Source: Puniceicoccales bacterium (GTDB lineage: Bacteria > Verrucomicrobiota > Verrucomicrobiia > Opitutales > LL51). Taken from it: a stretch of 64,000 bases of DNA. The number at the start of each line of letters is the position of its first letter. Position 1 is the stretch's first letter. The translations under genes were made by a program, and so were the position numbers. The notes under the pieces are model-generated. The model did not search any database and was not told the DNA's origin. It saw nothing but the letters and a program-made list of their open reading frames with translations. Of this stretch, positions 1 through 8,906 are shown one piece after another. Where the stretch lies: positions 2,983 through 66,982 of the forward strand of contig JAITAG010000039.1 in NCBI GenBank assembly GCA_031284265.1, written 5' to 3'.

Positions 1-66
1 CTTGACTACGCCCGGGCTGGCCACGATAAAAGAATGATAGAGCTTATTCGCGAAAAGGAAGACTAA
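1..66 (+). CDS. 3' end of an unidentified CDS entering from the left edge (...LDYARAGHDKRMIELIREKED*)
   Basis: Frame 1 is open from base 1 to TAA at 64-66. Only 21 codons are visible, with a weak ankyrin-like flavour. A GC hairpin follows. Confidence 0.25.
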   Translation, partial: LDYARAGHDKRMIELIREKED

Positions 67-102
67 AAGAATACACGAAAAGATTTTTATATGATAAAAC
101 TT

Positions 103-129
103 CCCGCCCATGGATGTTAATTGGGCGGG
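103..129 (+). terminator. GC-rich hairpin downstream of the partial CDS (possible terminator, no T-run)
   Basis: CCCGCCCA-n11-TGGGCGGG forms an 8-bp perfect stem. It is followed by ATGTTAT rather than a U-tract. Confidence 0.3.
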
Positions 130-410
130 ATGTTATAGATACCAGTTTTATGAGATCAACGAAAGATGAAAAAGCGACCTGTTCTTGTGTGTGGGCAATA
201 TGGCTTAGATCTAGCTTGGTACCAAAATTCATAAAATTATTGGTACGTATCCATTCATTTGATCCCAATGTATCTGTTTCAGCTCCACAATTGCTTGTAT
301 GCGTGTGCAGCTGAAAATATACCGCCCCAATAGTTTGTTAGAAAATCTTTTTATTTAAGGGAAAATCGATCTAAGAAGAGGAATCGCCAATGCAATGAAT
401 TTCGACCCCA

Positions 411-824
411 CTAATTTGGGGATAGGGGATAGAAAGAATAAATGCTCCGATTCAATGCATGTTTCATGCGAATGGCAAGGAGGATTATTTTTAAAGCTTC
501 CTGGTCTACCGGCTTTTTTATGATACAATCGGCGCCTAGGGTATCTATCTTTTGGATAACGGTTGCATCGACGTAGGCCGAAATAAAAACAAACGGTGGA
601 AGATTCTCCTGAATTCGTTGTAAACGTTGTAAAAACTGGAATCCATCGAGAAGAGGCATATCAACGTCGCAAATAATGATATCTATCGATAAACTTTTTT
701 GATATTGAGCAAAACCATCATCGCCATTATCGGCGATAATTAGCGTGTAACCAAAACATTCCAGTAACTTTTTCAGCGCAAATTGGAACGAAAGATCATC
801 TTCAATAAACAATATTTTGGGCAT
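411..824 (-). CDS. stand-alone response-regulator receiver protein (CheY-like)
   Basis: 137-aa ORF with an N-terminal acidic pair 'IEDD', the phospho-acceptor context 'IIICDVDMPLLDG' and a conserved 'KKP'. No output domain. It overlaps the kinase ORF by 23 nt. Confidence 0.8.
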   Translation of the reverse strand: MPKILFIEDDLSFQFALKKLLECFGYTLIIADNGDDGFAQYQKSLSIDIIICDVDMPLLDGFQFLQRLQRIQENLPPFVFISAYVDATVIQKIDTLGADCIIKKPVDQEALKIILLAIRMKHALNRSIYSFYPLSPN

Positions 825-1710
825 CGAATATGGGTAGAGTTATTTTGAAATGGGTTCCTTGATTTTCTTGGGAACGTATCTGTAGTTTTCCGTGATGTAA
901 TTTTATACAATGCGACACTAGAAACATACCAATACCAATTCCTTTGCGCATCCCTGTATTAGAACAACGGCCAAATAGTTGGGATAACTTTTTAATTTCA
1001 TCCATGGGAATCCCAATACCCTGGTCGATGACATCGAAAATTAAAAAGCTGTTGCTAAAATTGATACAAAGTTTGATCGACCGATCGGAATACTTCAGCG
1101 CATTACTCAAAAGATTGCTCAGTATGAGATCGATAAGCGACGGATCTACTTTAAGCGTTTCCGGTAATTGCGTGCTAACGGTTACTTCAATGCGTTGTTT
1201 TCCCGGTTCCAGTGTTTCACAAATCGTTGTACATAGCGATAGAACATCGATCGCTTCAGGATGACAAAAGATTTGTTTACGTTGAAATCTGCCAATGGTA
1301 ACAATGTCATCCATCATCTTAGTCATACGGTGGATATTTTTCCGAATGTTTTCAAAAAGATGGGCCTTTTCTATATCGGCAAGATTTTGAGGATAATTTT
1401 CTAAGAGGTCGACAGAGGAATAAATAGTTGCCATCGGGTTTCGTAATTCGTGGGAAACGACACTCGTGAAAATCCCTCGCGCCTGGGCAGTTTCATAAAG
1501 CGCATCCAATTGTAATACAAATTTCTCAAGACATTTCCGATGAAAATAATAAAATTTCCATAAAAATAATATCGATACGATAAGCGTAATTACGGGATTC
1601 ACGTTCCATAGTAGTAAAAAACAAATGATCGCACCGTAGGACAGGAAAAATAGGGGATGGATATGATTTATCATGGATGAACTATTAGCAAGGTTCCTTT
1701 GATTAGGCAA
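802..1710 (-). CDS. sensor histidine kinase (two TM helices, HisKA + HATPase_c)
   Basis: H-box 'SHELRNPM', N-box 'LLSNALKYS' and G-boxes 'DQGIGIP' / 'GIGIGM'. The start is TTG at 1710 or, more likely, ATG at 1674. Confidence 0.85.
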   Translation of the reverse strand: MPNQRNLANSSSMINHIHPLFFLSYGAIICFLLLWNVNPVITLIVSILFLWKFYYFHRKCLEKFVLQLDALYETAQARGIFTSVVSHELRNPMATIYSSVDLLENYPQNLADIEKAHLFENIRKNIHRMTKMMDDIVTIGRFQRKQIFCHPEAIDVLSLCTTICETLEPGKQRIEVTVSTQLPETLKVDPSLIDLILSNLLSNALKYSDRSIKLCINFSNSFLIFDVIDQGIGIPMDEIKKLSQLFGRCSNTGMRKGIGIGMFLVSHCIKLHHGKLQIRSQENQGTHFKITLPIFDAQNIVY

Positions 1711-1859
1711 TAATTTTTATGGGTCTGCTTGTTTTTATTTAAATTTTTACAAAAAAACTGCCGTAAAAAATTTTCAAATCCAAGTACCCCTATGTTTTAT
1801 AGGGTTTTTAAAACAAAGCTTGACACGAATATCTAGGCTCATAAATTGCTAGCTCAACT

Positions 1860-1936
1860 GGGGTGGTAGCTCAATTGGTTAGAGCGCCTGCCTGTCACGC
1901 AGGAGGTCGCGGGTTCGAGTCCCGTCCATCCCGCCA
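1860..1936 (+). tRNA. tRNA-Asp (GTC)
   Basis: Hand-folded cloverleaf with acceptor GGGGTGG/CCATCCC, anticodon arm CCTGC-CTGTCAC-GCAGG and T-arm GCGGG-TTCGAGT-CCCGT. CCA is encoded. Confidence 0.9.
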
Positions 1937-1944
1937 TTTTTGGC

Positions 1945-2496
1945 TTGATGTGTTTTTTATTATCGATGTCCTTGTACAATATGAAGGCCATCACTTATAA
2001 AGTGTTGTTGCTAGTACCATTATCTTGTCTTGTTCTTCTTTTCGTATTTATTGGTGACGTTTGGTATGAACAAAAAATATTTGTAATCGTCGGAAACTTT
2101 TTGCAGATTATTATCCCATGCATGGGCTATTATATCAGTTTGGTCAAAAAAGATAAAGTGGGAATTAAACAATTTTTGTGTACTGCTTCGGCAACCGTAG
2201 GAATAACCTATGCCATAAAATGGATGACCTATTATATGGGTATCGGTATTCGCCCATCCGGGGAAACGAAATCTTTTCCTTCCGGACATACGTCCTGCTC
2301 GTTCCAAGGTGCATTTTTTTTACTCAGACGCTACGGTTGGAAATGGGGAGCTCCAATGCTTATACTCGCTGGCTCAACTGCCTATAGCCGCATCTATGGA
2401 TTGTATCACCACTGGCGCGATGTCATTGCTGGATTCTTTATCGCGCTTCTCGTCAGTAAGTTGTTTGTGACTCCCCTAAGGGCTTCTCGCCCTTAG
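1945..2496 (+). CDS. PAP2-family lipid phosphatase (PgpB/LpxE-like)
   Basis: Multi-TM ORF with PAP2 motifs 'RPSGE', 'PSGHTS' and 'SRIYGLYHHWRDV'. ATG at 1948 is a likely start. The last ~7 codons and the TAG stop lie inside repeat module B. Confidence 0.75.
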   Translation: MMCFLLSMSLYNMKAITYKVLLLVPLSCLVLLFVFIGDVWYEQKIFVIVGNFLQIIIPCMGYYISLVKKDKVGIKQFLCTASATVGITYAIKWMTYYMGIGIRPSGETKSFPSGHTSCSFQGAFFLLRRYGWKWGAPMLILAGSTAYSRIYGLYHHWRDVIAGFFIALLVSKLFVTPLRASRP

Positions 2497-2745
2497 AATC
2501 CCCGCCATGGGATCCATCCCCTGGACCTGGATTACGGACCTTCCACCGGACAATGCCCGGTGGGAGGTCCGCAGGGGGGGCCCGGAGGCCCCCCGCGGCT
2601 TCGCCGCGGGGCGGGCTGATGCCGCGCTGCGGCCCAGCCAGGCGAAAGTTTCGCCTGGCTGGGCCGCAAGACAAGGTCAAGGAGTTTGCGACTCCTTGCG
2701 GAAGTCCAGAGGGCATAGCCCTCTGATTTGCAAATTTCGCATTGC
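2476..2745 (+). repeat. GC-rich hairpin-module mosaic, array 1 (order B-A-F-G-C-D-E)
   Basis: Successive palindromes: CTAAGGGCttctcGCCCTTAG; CCATGGGATCCATCCCCTGG; GGACCTTCCACCGG..CCGGTGGGAGGTCC (2536-2570); CCCCGCGGCttcGCCGCGGGG; GGCCCAGCCAGGCG..CGCCTGGCTGGGCC (2631-2665); CAAGGAGTttgcgACTCCTTG; CAGAGGGCataGCCCTCTG. Confidence 0.9.
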
Positions 2746-2777
2746 TATTGGGAAATAGCATTCATGATTTTGTGCAG

Positions 2778-4052
2778 ATGATTTGGATCTATCGATTACT
2801 ATTTCTGCCGATTTTTATCATATTCTTGTTGAAAAATTTACCAAAAATATTCAAACGAGGAGGTTACGGCATTGATTTACGGCATCGGTTTGGATTTTTT
2901 CCGCGGCTACCGAAGATAGAAAAAAAACGCCTATGGATTCAGGCGGTAAGCATGGGAGAAGTGAATGCAATTGTCCAATTAATTGCATTATTAAGTGAGC
3001 GTTACGAAATCGTACTTACCTCAACGACACCAACGGCACGAAAAATTATCATCGAAAAATTAACGAAAAATGTCCTATTCCATGGTTATTTCCCATGGGA
3101 TTTTTGGTTATTCAGTTGGATAGCGTGGCGACGTATTTGTCCCGATGCAGCTATTCTCGTAGAAAGCGAGCTATGGCCAGAACATATTTGGCAGGCGAAG
3201 CGACGTAAAATTCCCGTTTTTTTGATCAATGCGCGTTTATCGAATTGCTCATTTCGACGTTACCAGAAGTTTCCTCGATTAGCTCATTGGATTTTTGAAA
3301 AAATCGATTTCATTATCGCTTCTTCCGAGCAGAATCTCGAAAGAATCGCCGCGTTTCGTGATAAAGTTATTAAATATTTTGGAAATATAAAATTCGATAT
3401 TCCAATACGATCGTTATCGCAGGAAACGCGAAAAAATCTCAAAAAAGAACTTGGATTTTCTGAAGATTCATTTGTGTTACTAGGATGTTCGACTTGGCCC
3501 GGCGAAGAAGCCATACTATTGAAAGCTTTTCGTAAAATAAAAGCAAGAAAAAGTGAGCATATGTCCAAAGATTATAATCTTTTAATCGTACCGCGTCACG
3601 CCGAACGCCGTAAAGAATTGGTTCACTGGTTACAAAGCGAAAATGTTTCGTTCTGGCAGCGTTCAAAAGGCATTGCGGAAGGTAAATTTGACGTTTGCTT
3701 GGCAGATACAACGGGAGAATTAGCATACTTAGTTCAAGTCGCTGATTTAGCCTATATCGGAAAAAGTTTGGCACCGAATGTTGGCGGTCAAAGTCCGTTG
3801 GATGCGGCGATGGCAGGTGTTCCTGTAATTTACGGCAATCGCATGACGAATTTTTGCGATATTTGTGCCCAGCTAGAACAAGAAAACGCAGCGGTTAGGA
3901 TAGAAAGTGAAAAAGATGTGATCAATACCGTCGCTGAATTGGTAGAAAATATCAAAATTCGGCAAATTTTATCGAAAAATATTAGCAATTGGTTTAAAAA
4001 AAATCAGGGTGCATCGACAAAAATTGCTAACTTTATTCGAAAAATAATATAA
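2778..4052 (+). CDS. waaA: 3-deoxy-D-manno-octulosonic acid (Kdo) transferase
   Basis: 'LWIQAVSMGEVNAI' matches the KdtA 'HAVSVGE' motif and the C-terminal glycosyltransferase region 'GGQSPLDAAMAGVPV'. The ORF opens at TTG 2742 inside the repeat, so ATG 2778 is preferred. Confidence 0.85.
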   Translation: MIWIYRLLFLPIFIIFLLKNLPKIFKRGGYGIDLRHRFGFFPRLPKIEKKRLWIQAVSMGEVNAIVQLIALLSERYEIVLTSTTPTARKIIIEKLTKNVLFHGYFPWDFWLFSWIAWRRICPDAAILVESELWPEHIWQAKRRKIPVFLINARLSNCSFRRYQKFPRLAHWIFEKIDFIIASSEQNLERIAAFRDKVIKYFGNIKFDIPIRSLSQETRKNLKKELGFSEDSFVLLGCSTWPGEEAILLKAFRKIKARKSEHMSKDYNLLIVPRHAERRKELVHWLQSENVSFWQRSKGIAEGKFDVCLADTTGELAYLVQVADLAYIGKSLAPNVGGQSPLDAAMAGVPVIYGNRMTNFCDICAQLEQENAAVRIESEKDVINTVAELVENIKIRQILSKNISNWFKKNQGASTKIANFIRKII

Positions 4053-4061
4053 TCTTGTAGG

Positions 4062-4617
4062 GTAACTGCCAGAAGGGTCCGCCCTATGAGCTTATCATGG
4101 GGCTCCGCCCTCTGGACTCCCGCAAGGAGTCGCAGACTTCTTGACCTCATTTTGCGGCCCAGACAGGCGAAAATTTCGCTTGTCTGGGCCGCAGAGGTAA
4201 AATTTATCTTTGCCGAAGCGCTGCGCGATGCGCAGCGCTTCGGCAAAAAAGTCAGCCCGCCCGCGGCGAAGCCGCGGGCGGGGCCATTGGGCCCCCTGCG
4301 GACCTCCCGCCGGGCATTATCCGGTGGGAGGTCCCGTAATCCAGGTCCAGGGGATGGATCCCCTGGCGGGGATCCTAAGGGTGAGGAGCCCTTAAGTAGA
4401 GCTTACCATGGGGCGCTGCCCCATGACCCCGCAAGGAGTCACGGATTCCTTGACCTCATTTTGCGGCCCAGACAGGCGAAAATTTCGCCTGTCTGGGCCG
4501 CAGAGGTAAAAGGCACTTCTGGCCTGCTCCCTGGGCGTTGTCCAGGGAGCAGGCCAGAAATCCCGATCCAGGGGATGGATCCCCTGGATCGGATCCTAAG
4601 GGCGAGGAGCCCTTAGA
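4062..4617 (-). repeat. GC-rich hairpin-module mosaic, array 2 (two tandem units, reverse orientation)
   Basis: Unit 1 runs E/K-D-C(4156-4190)-I-G-F-A-B. Unit 2 runs K-D-C(4465-4499)-H(4521-4555)-A-B. These are the same modules as array 1, reverse-complemented. Confidence 0.9.
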
Positions 4618-5445
4618 AATATCGCAACATGTGAAATATATTTGTAAAAGAATGTTTTCGATAACATGTAAAAAACTACCATTGACGGTCAACAGGGATG
4701 ATGACTTCGAAATGATCTTTATCATACGTTCTGCGACATGGATTGAAATTTTTCCATAAAAAATATTCCAAATTTTTTCCGTTATCGCTTTCAGAAGAAC
4801 GCGTTGAATATCTTTCGTGGACGCATTTTTTATTTCATCGTTGTCGGAGGATAATTTTTCTAGATTTCGGGACAGTTCTTCGAGTATGGAAAAAATTTCT
4901 AACACATGGAGAGGAGGGCAGTTAGGGGATATTTTTTGTAAAAAAACTTCCAACTGGTCGAGCCATTTCGCGAGTTCTGTAGATAGAACTACGACGAAAT
5001 TTTCGGGTAAACGGTGCAATGTGCAGCGGCTGGTAATCGTCGGCAAAAGAAAATTTTTGGAATGGGTCGTTAAAAATAAGGTTGTGTCGGCCGGTGGTTC
5101 TTCCAGTGTTTTGAGCAAGGCATTGGCCGCATTTTTGTTAAGTTGGTGCGCTTCGAAAATTACAAAAACTTTTTGTTTACTCGTGTTTGGTGTTTTTTGG
5201 ACGCGGTCGATGAGCTCTCGAATGGCATCAATTTTTATGACATTTATCTTCCCAATGGGCGAAAGAGTAAAAAAGTCAGGATGATTTTCCAAATGGTCTG
5301 TTTTTAAAATGTTCCGAGCACAACTCGTTACGTAAAATAAAGCGTCGGCCGTACTTTCCGTTTCAACAATAACGGCATGGGGTAACCGGTTTTCGGCAAT
5401 CATTTGAGCCGTTTGCTGGGTGTAGAAGGCGAGATCCATAGCCAT
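4456..5445 (-). CDS. holB: DNA polymerase III delta' subunit; C-terminal ~54 codons read through repeat array 2
   Basis: 'LLKTLEEPP' and 'ITSRCTLHRL' (sensor/SRC) motifs. The start abuts the tmk stop. The tail '...SKGSSPLGSDPGDPSPGSGFLA...RPRQAKFSPVWAAK' is encoded by modules B-A-H-C. Confidence 0.8.
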   Translation of the reverse strand: MAMDLAFYTQQTAQMIAENRLPHAVIVETESTADALFYVTSCARNILKTDHLENHPDFFTLSPIGKINVIKIDAIRELIDRVQKTPNTSKQKVFVIFEAHQLNKNAANALLKTLEEPPADTTLFLTTHSKNFLLPTITSRCTLHRLPENFVVVLSTELAKWLDQLEVFLQKISPNCPPLHVLEIFSILEELSRNLEKLSSDNDEIKNASTKDIQRVLLKAITEKIWNIFYGKISIHVAERMIKIISKSSSLLTVNGSFLHVIENILLQIYFTCCDISKGSSPLGSDPGDPSPGSGFLACSLDNAQGAGQKCLLPLRPRQAKFSPVWAAK

Positions 5446-6111
5446 TCACAGAGCAAAGCGCTTTTGGACATGGGTGCAAATTTTTTCCGCAATCGTTTCC
5501 ACTGGAAGGGTTGCATCAACTGTAAAAAATCTCGCCGGTTCTTCCGCCGCTAATTGCAAATATTTTTCGCGGACACGCCTAAAAAATTCAGTCGGTTCAT
5601 TTTCGATGCGATCTTTTTGTTCCTTTCGCCCCTGGAGTCGTTTGAGGGCAAGATCGACGTCAATATCAAGCAAAATAGTTAGATCCGGAACGCATTCACC
5701 AATGGCAAAATGGTTTAATTGGTGAACAATTTTTTCAAAAAGTTTACGCGCTGCACCCTGGTAAGCCGTAGATGAATCGAAAAAACGGTCGCAAATTACC
5801 CAGATACTATTGTAAATTGTCGGTAAAATAAGCTCGCGGACAAGTTGGGCTCGGCTTGCCTCAAATAGTAAAAGTTCCGTCTCAGCACACATATTACATG
5901 CATCCGGGTCGTGCTGCAAAAGATGGCGAATTTGTTCGCCAATATACGTGTTACCTGGTTCGCGAAAGGTAACGGAATCGATATCTTTTGATGAAAGAAA
6001 TGTCCGTAAATATTGAATTTGCGTTGACTTTCCCGTCCCTTCAATGCCCTCGAAGGATATAATTTTTCCCAGCATGGACCTAGGAAATAGCGATACATCT
6101 AGAGGGAACAA
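5446..6111 (-). CDS. tmk: thymidylate kinase
   Basis: P-loop 'FEGIEGTGKSTQ' and the DRF motif 'CDRFFDSS'. It is adjacent to holB, the classic tmk-holB arrangement. Confidence 0.9.
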   Translation of the reverse strand: MFPLDVSLFPRSMLGKIISFEGIEGTGKSTQIQYLRTFLSSKDIDSVTFREPGNTYIGEQIRHLLQHDPDACNMCAETELLLFEASRAQLVRELILPTIYNSIWVICDRFFDSSTAYQGAARKLFEKIVHQLNHFAIGECVPDLTILLDIDVDLALKRLQGRKEQKDRIENEPTEFFRRVREKYLQLAAEEPARFFTVDATLPVETIAEKICTHVQKRFAL

Positions 6112-6248
6112 GAAAAATTGAAGGCGATAAGTAATTTATTTTACCATTGACTACTTTTCCCTGATCATTGAACTGTCAGCCATGGATAGTGTAAATGTTT
6201 CTTTTTCGAGTTTGAATAGGTTTATTATTATTTTTTCGCAATTAAACC

Positions 6249-7577
6249 ATGATCACAATCGAAACCTTCTCCCTAGCCTTTCCCCACAAAATTTGCTTTG
6301 AAAATTTTTCTACGACGGTCGAGGACGGCGAACGAATTACTGTTATCGGCAAAAATGGCAGTGGAAAGTCGACATTTCTAAAAATGATCGCCGAAACAAA
6401 TGCCAATGTCGGCTATGTTCCCCAAATGATTGAAGATTTTAATACGCTCAGCGGTGGCGAAAGATTTAATCGAGCCCTATCTCGGGTATTGTACACGCAT
6501 CCCAATACTCTCCTCCTAGATGAGCCGACCAATCACCTCGATACAGCCAATCGAAAAAGTTTACTGCGCATGCTAAAGGATTATGACGGAACGCTAATCA
6601 TCGCCACCCACGACGAAGAAATTCTAAGAAAAATTGTGGATAAAATTTGGCACATCGAGGGCGGAAAAATTCATACTTTCTACGGCAAATATGACGATTA
6701 TATGGCCAAAGTACGCATCCAAAGAGAATCCATTATCCAGGAAATGGAAACGCTCAATACTCAGAAAAAGTCAATGCACGAAGCCCTTATGAAAGAACAA
6801 GAGCGCATCGCCAAAAGTAAGGCGAGTGGAAAGAAAAAAGTAGCCAACCGAAAGTGGACTAAATCCGTTGGCGACCTAAAGGCGATGAAAGCTGAAAAAT
6901 CCCAGGGCAGCAAATTAAAATCCATTGACGCAAAAAAACAAGAACTGGTAGAACAACTGGAAAATTTAAAGCTACCCGAAATAATCGTTCCCAAATTTTC
7001 CATTTCTGTCCAGGATATTGGCCGTAAAATGCTCGTTTCAATTCGACAGGCAAGCGTCGCCTACGGCGATGTGGTGATTTTAAAAAATATTAATCTGTCG
7101 CTAATGGCTGGGGAAAGAATTGCCATCGAAGGGAACAACGGTAGCGGCAAAACAACCCTCATCAAAGCAATCTTAAATCATCCTTCCCTGATTAAAACCG
7201 GCAATTGGGATGCCATTCCTCCGGAACAAATTGGCTATCTGGATCAGTTTTACAGTACCCTTGATCCCCAAAAAACAGCTCTCCAAATTATCCCTGATCG
7301 AAAATTGCTTAGTCGTTTTCTCTTCAGGAAAAATGAAGAAGTGAATAATAAAGTTCAAAATATGTCCGGCGGCGAAAAGGCTAGACTTTCACTGGCCCTC
7401 ATAGCCTTCCATACGCCGAAACTCCTAGTTTTAGATGAAATAACCAATAACATCGACCGGGAAACGCGGGAACATGTAACGCAAATTTTAAAAGAATATC
7501 CCGGCGCCATGATTGTCATCGCCCATAATCGACAATTTTTAGACGACATCGCCGTAAATAAATACTATACTGTTTAA
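6249..7577 (+). CDS. ABC-F family ATPase (two ABC domains, no TM domain)
   Basis: Walker A twice ('GKNGSGKST', 'GNNGSGKTT') and signature twice ('LSGGERFN', 'MSGGEKAR'). A K/E-rich linker separates the two domains. Confidence 0.8.
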   Translation: MITIETFSLAFPHKICFENFSTTVEDGERITVIGKNGSGKSTFLKMIAETNANVGYVPQMIEDFNTLSGGERFNRALSRVLYTHPNTLLLDEPTNHLDTANRKSLLRMLKDYDGTLIIATHDEEILRKIVDKIWHIEGGKIHTFYGKYDDYMAKVRIQRESIIQEMETLNTQKKSMHEALMKEQERIAKSKASGKKKVANRKWTKSVGDLKAMKAEKSQGSKLKSIDAKKQELVEQLENLKLPEIIVPKFSISVQDIGRKMLVSIRQASVAYGDVVILKNINLSLMAGERIAIEGNNGSGKTTLIKAILNHPSLIKTGNWDAIPPEQIGYLDQFYSTLDPQKTALQIIPDRKLLSRFLFRKNEEVNNKVQNMSGGEKARLSLALIAFHTPKLLVLDEITNNIDRETREHVTQILKEYPGAMIVIAHNRQFLDDIAVNKYYTV

Positions 7578-7581
7578 ATTT

Positions 7582-7847
7582 CCCAAGGGCTGCGCGCCCT
7601 TGGATCCCCGCCAGGGGATCCATCCCCTGGACCTGGATTTACGGGCCTACCACCGGGCGTTGCCCGGTGGTAGGCCCGAAGGGGCCCTAAAGGCCCCGCC
7701 CGCGGCTTTGCCGCGGGCGGGGCAGGAAAATTATAAATTTTGACCCCTGCGGCCAAAGCATGCAAAGATTTCGCATGCTTTGGCCGTTAGAAGAGGTCAA
7801 GGAGTTCGTGACTCCTTGCGGGAGTCCAAATGGCAGAACCCTTTGGG
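7582..7847 (+). repeat. GC-rich hairpin-module mosaic, array 3 (B-A-F-G-C-D-E)
   Basis: CAAGGGCtgcgcGCCCTTG; CCAGGGGATCCATCCCCTGG; GGGCCTACCACCGG..CCGGTGGTAGGCCC; GCCCCGCCCGCGGCtttGCCGCGGGCGGGGC; GGCCAAAGCATGC..GCATGCTTTGGCC (7751-7785); CAAGGAGTtcgtgACTCCTTG. Confidence 0.9.
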
Positions 7848-8064
7848 TAACCCTTTTTCGAAGTCATGAAACAGAGCCCCGTAATGGTTGGTATTAATTG
7901 AAAAATTTTGACGTGCTCTCCCACTTTTTATCTTCTAGCTTTGAAAGGAAATGGATCGTTGTCAAATTTTTTTAGAAATGTTTTCCGAGAAATAATTTTT
8001 CGGAAAAATAAAAATTTTCTGCGTTTTTCCTTGACACAAATTACAGATTCTTAAAATTCTGAAA

Positions 8065-8894
8065 ATGGCATACAGGCATACAGGCATACAGGAAAAAGTA
8101 AAAGTAAGATCAAATCTTTCACTTTAGTTGAAATTGTCTTTACCATTTCCATCATCGGCATTTTACTGGCCATACTTTTGCCGGCGATGAGTGCCATAAA
8201 GTTGAGCGCACAGAAAGTAAGAGACGTCTCCAATCTCAAAAAAATCGCCGAAGCCTGGCGTGAGTATTCCATCAATCGTAGCTACGGAAAAATGCCTATA
8301 TCAGAAGAAAAATATGGTACACATTTTATACAGCTTTTGTCTGGTTGTGGTGAAAATTTTGACACGGGAGCGAAAGCGGGGCGTGTCGATGGCTGCATCT
8401 TGAATGATCCCTATGTTTATGTTTCTCCTGGCGATAAATATGCGTCACCAATACAAAATGAAACCATCGGGAGATTGACGCAGGATGGTGCCTGGTATTG
8501 GAGCTATCCATTAAAATTAGTTTCCAATGGACTGGGACCTGGATCTGAAATTTTTAGCTATTGTTTGGCCTGGGGTATCGATCCAAGTGCTTCCCTCGAT
8601 ACGACACCGCTAGGCTTTACCCGCGGCCTAAAAGAAAATGGCTACTGGGACGAAAAATATGGCCTCTATGGTTCAAAAGGTGGCTATGTGGTCTTCTGCG
8701 ATGGCCACACAACCTGGTTCGACGGCAGTAAACCGGCGAAATTTCTCAAATGGGACCGGTCGGGATATACCAATAATATCAGGGAAACGCTTGCCAAAGA
8801 TGTACTTATCACCTGTGGATATAACGTCAGAAATAATGTTAGAGGAACCGATAATTCACTCCTCGTAACCCACCATTTCGGCCTCGCAGAATGA
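8065..8894 (+). CDS. prepilin-type N-terminal cleavage/methylation-domain protein (pseudopilin-like, 'FCDGH' C-terminal motif); frame broken between ATG and leader motif
   Basis: The frame open from 8055 encodes '..KSKSKIKSFTLVEIVFTISIIGILLAILLP..' but has no ATG/GTG/TTG before TTG 8178. ATG 8065 is in another frame and stops at 8125. Deleting one 8-nt repeat unit would fuse ATG 8065 to the pilin frame. Confidence 0.7.
8068..8091 (+). repeat. octanucleotide tandem repeat (GCATACAG)x3 directly after ATG 8065
   Basis: Read directly as atg-GCATACAG-GCATACAG-GCATACAG-gaaaaag. Confidence 0.95.
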
Positions 8895-8906
8895 GCGATT
8901 ATTTTT

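Noticed and set aside
2453-2761. ORFs lying entirely inside the GC-rich arrays, with recurring peptides such as 'NPGPGDGSPGGDPKGEEPL' and 'RPRQAKISLVWAAE' (2453-2761, 2507-2758, 4086-4616, 4210-4395, 7574-7765, 8983-9198, 9072-9362, 28695-28961, 30589-30831, 44225-44443, 48308-48583, 54933-55227, 61978-62196).
   Set aside because: They occur on both strands of the same palindromic DNA, have no start context, and their similarity is explained by the nucleotide repeats. They are open only because GC-rich palindromes lack stop codons.
4062-4617. Possibility that the repeat tracts are CRISPR arrays.
   Set aside because: There is no single constant direct repeat alternating with unique spacers. 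Instead many different palindromic modules follow in a fixed order and in both orientations. No cas genes are present.
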